Source: the human T2T-CHM13v2.0 reference genome, Homo sapiens. Taken from it: a stretch of 64,000 nucleotides of DNA. This document shows, piece by piece, positions 56,069 through 64,000 of the stretch. The translations under genes and the position numbers were made by a program. Under the pieces are notes generated by a model. It had not been told where the DNA came from. It was given only the letters and a program-made list of their open reading frames with translations, and made no database searches. Positions within the stretch are counted from its first letter, which is position 1. Each line of letters begins with the position of its first letter. The DNA is taken from assembly GCF_009914755.1 (NCBI RefSeq), contig NC_060939.1, one strand, 5' to 3'.

Positions 56069-57819
56069 CTCTAAATAACTGCACAGAGATCAATTGCATA
56101 ACCATGACTGTAGGAAGATGTATTATTTTGCTGGGTACAGGCTGTATATAAGTCATCCCCTTATATTTGGCTGAACTTTCCAGAGCCACAATGTGAGGAC
56201 TTAATTACCATTTAAGATTTCCACAATTAGCTCACATCCTTAGGATTTCTATTCTAACTCTAAGAGACTTCCTTATTTCAGTGTATTAAAATAAAGATCT
56301 GATCATGTCTCCATCTTTTTTATCTTAAAGAGCCGATTGAAGCCAACTTGGCATTCTTCTTCATATCACCTCTGGAGAAGAAAAGTCTCAGGAAATAAAG
56401 TTTCTCCAGCCTAATAAGCCATTTGTTGCCATCAAAATGGTTTCACTATTAGATCACTGAAAGGACAATGGCTTTAGGTCAGTTTACTAAAAATGCATTC
56501 CCTGAAGGATAGTGTCCCTAGTTTTCCCAAATGTACCACTTTAACACAAACTTTTTACAGGTTAATGTCATTAGCGGTACTCCCCACTGCACTTGGCTAA
56601 AAACGTTACTATGTTACTGTTACGATTTTTTTTTTCCTCTTAGGCAAATGGCCTCTCATTCAGGTGTCCTAACCTGAGCTTCAACTCTCCATCAGCACAT
56701 GTCAAAACTTTTCCTCCTTCTCCCTCAGGTTCATTTTATTTTGTCTTATCTGTACCCACTATTTCTTTAGTATCAACTAACTTGGACACAACTCTGATCC
56801 TGTTATTACTGATCCCATCAGGAAGACACAGGACTATCACACTTTAAACTGTATATTTAACTACGTCGCATAGCTGTTCACTTATTATTAAGTAAATCAT
56901 AATCACACAGTGCCCTAATTTACTTATTTACCTAATAAGACTTTTAAATACCTATATACCTGAGTTTTCATTCTACTAGAGTAGATTAGGCAGTATGCAG
57001 ATAAATATACAAGATATTAAATAGAATGTGTCATGACATAGGTGCTAACCAACTTTTGTGGGAGCTTGGAGGATTATTTGACTTATGTCTTAAGTAAGAT
57101 GTAAGAATTGAACCCACAAGGATGTGTATAATATCCCAGTAGAACAGATAAAACAAAAGCGTGGAGGCACAAAAGGTGTTCAGGGAAAGTCAGCAAGTTT
57201 GAGTTGCCAGTCACATGAAAGAGCACAAGGCAGAGGCAAGGAAGACATGATTAAAATGTAATAATCAACTAGAACTGAAGAAAGGTGAAACAAAAATACA
57301 GGATCAGATGTCTCTTGATCTATTATGAGGAAGGTATCCTCACTGACTCCTACTAATGTACCAGAATCATTTATTTTTTTTTAGGGTGAGGAACATCCCA
57401 GGCTCACAGCTTGAGGGCCAAATTATTATTTATAACTTCCAAAATCAGTTCAAGTCCTTACACAGAATTTTTGATCCTCTAACCCATAACATTCCCCACT
57501 GATGAGTTAGAAGACTAAAGATACAATCATGGCTTCCTTGCTTCTTGATATTAGAGACTCAATTCACAGAGCGTACCCTGCCATGTCTTTAGGCTCAATC
57601 TCCACATTAAGCAAGCCACACTGACTTTCTATAATGCCCTCCTGCGGCAAATGCCAGCAATGACAATCTGCTTGGCTATTACAATTTTTATTAATTCAAT
57701 AACTGGGCATTATGTTTAATATGCCATTTTATAAGTATGGTTAGAGTTACTCAAACCTTAGAAGCTGAAACTGAGTATAATACTGATACTACATGAATTT
57801 TGGCTTAAAAAACTGATGA

Positions 57820-60800
57820 CCCATATTAACAAATTTAAAAGAACAGAAATCATACAAACTATGTTCTCAGGCCACAATGTAATTAAAGTAGAATTAATAA
57901 CAATAGAAATCAGTATTTGAGAATTAAACCACAAAACCAAATCCATAGATTTTTAGAAACCCATATGTCAAAAGAAGTCATGAGAAACTAAAACATTATT
58001 TAAACTATATGAAAATAAAAATACAACTTACCAAAGTTTGTGTATAGTAAAAGCAATGCATGAGGCAAATTTATAGTATTCAATGTATTAGGAATGTATT
58101 AGAAAAGGAGAAATACTAAAAGTTAATAACCTCAGCTTCCATTTTAGGAAACTAGAGAAAGAAGAACAATTTAAGCAAGTAGAAGAAAAGAAATAAAACT
58201 TGTAACAAAAATCAGTGAAAATGAAAACAGAAAAAGAAAAAGAAAATTAACTGAATAAAGAACTGGTTGGTTCTTTGAAAAGTTTGATAAATAGAGAAAC
58301 CTCTAGCCAAGCTAACCAAGAACTAAAGAGAAATGACACTAATTACCAATATCAGAAATGAAAGAGGTATTATTACTACATATTATATGGGCATTAAAAG
58401 ATTAACAAAGGAACAGAATGAGAACATCTATGCTCACAAATTTCCTACCCTAGATGACAAGACTGATTCACTGAAAGGCACAAACTGTGAAATCTCCTAC
58501 TAAAAGAAATAAATGGAGTGTGTGAATATCTCTACATTTATTAAATAAATTCAATCAATAATTAATAGCCTCAAAGAAAAAGCACCAGGCCCAAATGGTT
58601 TTACTGGCAAATTCTATATAATATTCAAAAGGAAACAATACCAATTATCCGCAATCCTTTCTAGAAAATAGAAGCAGAAGGAATACCTCCCGACTTTATT
58701 CTTTAATGTCAGCATTACCCTAACTAGGTAATTACCATCATCCTAATCCCAAAACCAGAGAAAGACAGTACAGCATAGGAAAATGACAGACCAATATCTC
58801 TCATGGAAATGGGCACAAATCAAGAATATATAAGCAAATTAAATTCAACAATGTATAAAATAATTATACATTGCAACCAAATGGGATGTATTTTAGGAAT
58901 GCAAGGCTGTATTGAATGATTTTCAACATTTGAAAATCAATTCATGACATAAATAGGCTAAGGAAGGAAAATCATATGATCATATAAATTTATGCAGAGG
59001 AAGCATTTGACAAAATCCAACAAAATTCATGATAAAAACTCACAGTAAACAGGATTAGCAAAACTAATTTGATTTTTTAAATCTACAAAAATTCAGAACT
59101 AACATCATACATAGTGGTAAAAGACTAGACATTTTCCCCTTTGAGATCAGGAGCATGGCAAGTATGTCCTCTCTCACCCCTCCTGTTCAATATTATACTG
59201 GAAGTCCTAGCTACAGCAATAAGAAAAAGGGGGAAAAAAAGAACAGTATAAAAATAGGAAAGGAATTGGGTGTAGTGGCTCACGCTTGTAATCCCAACAC
59301 TTTCGGAGTCCAAAGCAGAAGATCACTTGAGACCAGGAGTTTGAGACCAGCCTTGACAGCATAGCAAAATTTTATCTCTACCAAAATTTTACAAAGGAAA
59401 ACTTAGCTGGGCATGGTGGCATGTACCTCTTATCCTAGCATCTCAGGAGGCTGAGGCAGAATAATACCTTGAGCTCAAGAGTTCAAGACTGCAATGAGCT
59501 ATGAACACACGCTGGGTGACAGAACGAGACTCTGTCTCAAAAAAAAAAAACTTAGTAATATTAAAAATAAATAAATAAACAAGTAAAACTGTCTTATTTG
59601 CAGATGACAGGATCATCTATGTGGAAAAATCCAACAAATCTAAAAAAAAAAATCCATAAAACACTATCTCTTGGAGCTAATAAGCAAGAATAGCAAGATC
59701 GTAAGATCTAAGATCAATATATAAGACTAAATTTCTTTTCTACATATCAACATTGAACAATTGGAATTTGAAATTTATAAAAAATATAATTTACAATAGC
59801 ACAAATACAAAAAAGCAATCAAGACTAACAAAATATGATACAAGGCCCATATATAGAGAAGAGCAAAACACGATGAAAGAAATCAAAGAACATCTAAGTA
59901 TGTGGATAGATAATACATATTCATGGATTGGAAGATTTAATTCAATAATATAAATTCTTCCCAATTTGATTTAGGGATTCTACACAATCTCAATCAACAA
60001 TCAAAATTCCATCAGACTATTACAGAAATATTGAGAACCTGCATCTAAACTTTCTGTGAAAAGGCAAAAGACCTGCAACAACCAACATAATTCTGAAAAA
60101 GAAAAACAAAGTTGGATGACTCACACTATCAGATTTCAAAACTTAATAAATGCTGCTGCAGTATTCAAGCAAGCATGGTATTGGTGAAAGAACAGATGCA
60201 TAGAGCAATGAAAACAGAATAGACAGCCCAGAAAGAGACCCATACAAATATGGTCAACTGACTTTTGACAATGCTGCAAAGGAAATTCAATGGAGAAAGG
60301 AAAATTTTTTCAACAAATGATGTGGGAATTAGATAGATACAAATTTCCTATGCAAAAAATTCCAAATAATGTACGTAAGAATCCACACTCAAAGAGATGG
60401 ATTCTAACTCTTCACACCTTTAGTGTGTGAACTATTGTGCTATGCACAATATTGTCTTCCAAAGAGTGAGAAAAATAGAAAGAGGAGAAAAATAACAATT
60501 ATACAGAGGAAAAACCTGACAAGTCATGTTGATAGCAGATATCTTTGATATGACATGATGAGAATGGCACTTCATCTCTGTAGTATTCCTTCTAAAAACT
60601 ATAATTCCAGTGGAATAGTAAGAATAACATCAGGCAAATCTCAGTTGAGGAGAATTCTACAAAGTATCTGACAAGTACTTCTCAAATCTTCGAGGTCATT
60701 GAAAAGAGGAAAATCTAAGAAAATGTCCCAGCCATGAAAAGCCTAGAGACATGACAATTAAATGTAATATGGTATAAGAAGGACATTGGATAAAATCTGA

Positions 60801-60968
60801 TAATGTATACTTTTTCTTAATAATAATGTATCAATATTGGCTTATTAATTGTGACAAGTGTATCACACTAATGTAAAACATGAATAACAGGGGAAAATAG
60901 AGGCAGGATACATGGGAGCTCTCTGCACTATCTTTTGAATTTTTCTATAGATCTAAAACTATTCTCAA
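57820..60968 (+). mobile_element. L1MD-type element (decayed ORF2 plus 3' UTR) with an AluJ insertion
   Basis: ORF2 motifs GACCAATATCTCTCATG, GCATTTGACAAAATCCAACA, TTTGCAGATGAC; 3' UTR AAGTCATGTTGATAG..ATGAGAATGGCACTT..GACATGACAATTAAATG. Confidence 0.85.
59265..59580 (+). mobile_element. AluJ SINE
   Basis: Diverged dimer; GCAATGAGCTATGA; A-rich tail. Confidence 0.85.
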
Positions 60969-62169
60969 TTAATATTACGCTCACTCTCTCCAAGCAAAGG
61001 ATAAACTATTGTGTGTTTTTCCCTTGGCCAGTCTCATGAAGCACTCACTTTATTTTTTTCCACTTAATAAAGAAGTAAATGCATAACTAACTTAAAAGAA
61101 AAATTTTAATTAAAAAATAATTTAACTGACGACCAAATACTTAACCATGGTGACCCTACCAGATAGTGTTCATGAGAAGGCTTCCTGGACACTAAGCTGA
61201 TTTCCTAAATAATATCCTTCACACACAAATAAAAAAGCAAGCTATACTTTTCTATTGTTAACCAGAAAAAGTGCCTAAAACCTTTCCTTTTCAACATATT
61301 CCATTTTCTCATTAAAACAGAAAAAGCAGGACATTAGCAGTTAAAAACGCCACCTTTATTAATAAAACATTCATTTTTTAAAAAAATAGAGAAAAAGGAG
61401 AAATGCTATGGATACCTAAGGAAGCATGATTGCAATATATTGAGTCCTTTTTGTGCCTATTAAGGCTTTTCAGGATAAACACAGTATAATCAGGGGCTCT
61501 ACTAGAGTTGAGAAATTTTCATCAATGCAGTTTGGTCATTTAAAATTTTTCCATTCACTAATAACTTAGAAAGTACATTCATTCATTTAACACAGTTTCC
61601 TGAACACTCATTTTAATGCAGACAGGCAGTTTGAGCTTGGTATTAAAAAATAGAACCAGACAAAATTATGGATCTCCAATAGTTCCTAAGTGGAATGCAC
61701 TGTAATGAGTAGGATAAAGTGCACAGAAAAGGGGATCCAACGCAGGTCCCAAGGAACTGATGAGCTTGGAGGATGAGGGGCACTTTGGTCACCGGGAGGC
61801 CAAGAAAGACGTGGGAATAAAAGATGAGGGCCCTTGAGCTGCATTATATCACCCAGACCTCACCTGGTACTCAATTTCCTCTTTAGAGGTAATGTACAAA
61901 CTATGTGCCGACTAATCCCCCAGGGAAGTTGTCTAGTTTTTCCTCTTCTGGTATGGGTTATAATTATAACATACAGGATGACTTACAGGAGTGCCGGGTC
62001 CTCAGGCAGCAGTGATGATCAAACATATACATTTATTTGAATAATTATTTGCTTCTTTTTCTATACGTGTAACTTTGGAATGAAAACTGTATATACACTA
62101 TCTGTTCAAGACACTTTCTGAAGATATTGTAGTGATTATGAATTATGAATTTGTTTAAATAAAACTGTT

Positions 62170-62570
62170 CTTGGAGGAAATATGTAAAAAGTTGTTGAAA
62201 CATTTATATCTTCTGACATAATAGTTGTGCTTTTGAGAAAGTTTCCTCTTTAATTAAAGGTAAATTAAAGTTGAAAACAACTGGAAAACTTCATCATAGT
62301 AAAAATACTTTTTTGTCAAAAACCTAGATTTTCATTTCAAAAAGATTAGCTAATTACATTATTATGCTATGTCAAGAAGCTGTCAAAAATCTTGTTTTCA
62401 CAGATTATTAAAGACATTATAATACATCATGCTATGATATTAAATGGAATCAAAGGAGTCATGTAAAACTATAATTTCAAATATATACACAAATATATAG
62501 CAGAAAATGCAACAAAAGGAAATGCATCAATAATTGAACAAGAGTTCTACGAGTAGTAAGCAAACATTTT
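62170..62570 (+). mobile_element. L1ME-type 3' fragment
   Basis: TTCTTGGAGGAAATATG..; A-rich decayed 3' UTR pattern. Confidence 0.45.
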
Positions 62571-63639
62571 TAGCTCATATTTTCATAATGTGTATTTTCT
62601 AAACCTTTTCCCTTGAACAGGAACTACTTTACATTTTCCCCATAATAAAAATGTTACATATGTCTATAAAACATCATATTTGATATGCTTTTTAAAATTG
62701 ATTTACTCAAAAGAAAGCAATTATTCAAAATCAGGACTCTTGTATGTAGCTGCTGTAAATCAAAAATTATTTTTTCAATCCACAATGAAGAGACTGATGT
62801 TTGGGGAAAGTGCCATCTTTGTTTTTAAAAACATGATTCCTGGTCTATTTCTTGGGTAGGGTGGCCATGAGGACCAAATGTGCTGGTGTGTCAAGTACTG
62901 TTATTGTTGTTAATATTATTATTCACTTGATGTAAGTGGAGACTAATATATTTATCCATGGGTTCTTAGCATAACCAGAGTTACATATTTATTATGTGTT
63001 CTGATTAAATTACTCACCTTACTTTGATTAATTTCAAGATATTTTCCTATATTCATAGGAAGTATTAAAAAGAGTTATCCTGTTCAGTTTTTCATTAGTT
63101 TCTTGTCAGGTTGCAACACAGACTTTAATGAATGGAAGGGAAATAAAAAAAAATGAAGAAGATCTTTTTTCACAAGTATTCAGTCCTGACAAAATCGCTT
63201 TGGAAAATGAGTTTCACTTTGTCATTGCCCTTCCTTCTTCAATCTCACACCCAGGCCGAAGTTCACACACTTTCTTTGATCTGCTCTTTTGAGCAAATCT
63301 GAAGTGAGATGCTATTTAGAAGAAACTAATGAGAAGGTATTTGTCAGTGAGAACAATTGCCAGGCATGGCAACTCCACCTGCCAGCAAGACTCTTGCTAA
63401 GCTGGGGGCCCTCAGGGAAGCCGAAACACAAGCTTTGACCCTCTCTGAAGAACTGGCCTTAAGGTGACTGGACCCAGCCCATTGAACACAGCTGCTTAGA
63501 CTGTCACATCAGGGTTAAGAACAGAACTGGAAACAACTTTTCAACCTGATTATGACCTAAATAATACTCATTAATAATTGTCCCCATTCTTCCAGCACAT
63601 ACTTTCACATGGACATCTATTTTATATGTCAAAGGCTAG

Positions 63640-63740
63640 ATTATCTCCATCTTCCAGTTAAGGTGTTTAAACTGGTATGACTCGAAGAGGACAGGACGTG
63701 GGATTCAAATCTAGACTTGCTGACCCCAAAACCCTTAATA
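63640..63740 (-). mobile_element. MIR fragment
   Basis: ATTATCTCCAT...GGGATTCAAATCTAGAC..CTGACCCCAAA. Confidence 0.55.
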
Positions 63741-64000
63741 TTTCCTATAGTTGAATTTTCTATTGAAGGAGTCTTCCACATAGGAGGGATGGTTATGGAC
63801 AAGCATCTCCCATTCTCCACCATTTAGCAAACCCCATTCATATGAGAGAAGGAAAATGAACTGGTGCTGGGTGAGGGACCAGGAAAAGGAGGTGCAGATG
63901 GTTTATGTAGGAGTCATACTGTGTCACGAGGTCAAAAGTTAAGAATGTGGCTTTTGTTATTTATGTTGTGGGATCCAAAGCGTTTCTTGAATTGTGCTTG

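Overview
This is AT-rich primate genomic DNA, most likely human or great ape: it carries AluJ/S/Y elements and an L1PA2-type 3' end. It is non-coding and looks intronic or intergenic. None of the supplied ORFs is a credible gene; they read through Alus, microsatellites or decayed L1/ERV sequence. A large share of the window is interspersed repeats: 17 Alus, L1s of several ages, L2, MIR, an ERVL relic with its LTR, and MER5/MER53/MER94 DNA elements. Repeat subfamily names come from recalled consensus motifs, and boundaries of old elements are approximate. I find no evidence of a new multi-gene system. The best signals are: (1) a 256-bp, 99%-identical templated duplication inserted into an L2 with junction microhomology; (2) an Alu with a 5' inversion of twin-priming type; (3) a tailless 5S rRNA retrocopy; (4) a young L1 inserted in an Alu tail; (5) a series of strong minus-strand splice donors and exon candidates, suggesting the multi-promoter 5' region of a gene I could not identify; and (6) a nuclear-receptor DR1/FOXA motif cluster near 52.5 kb.
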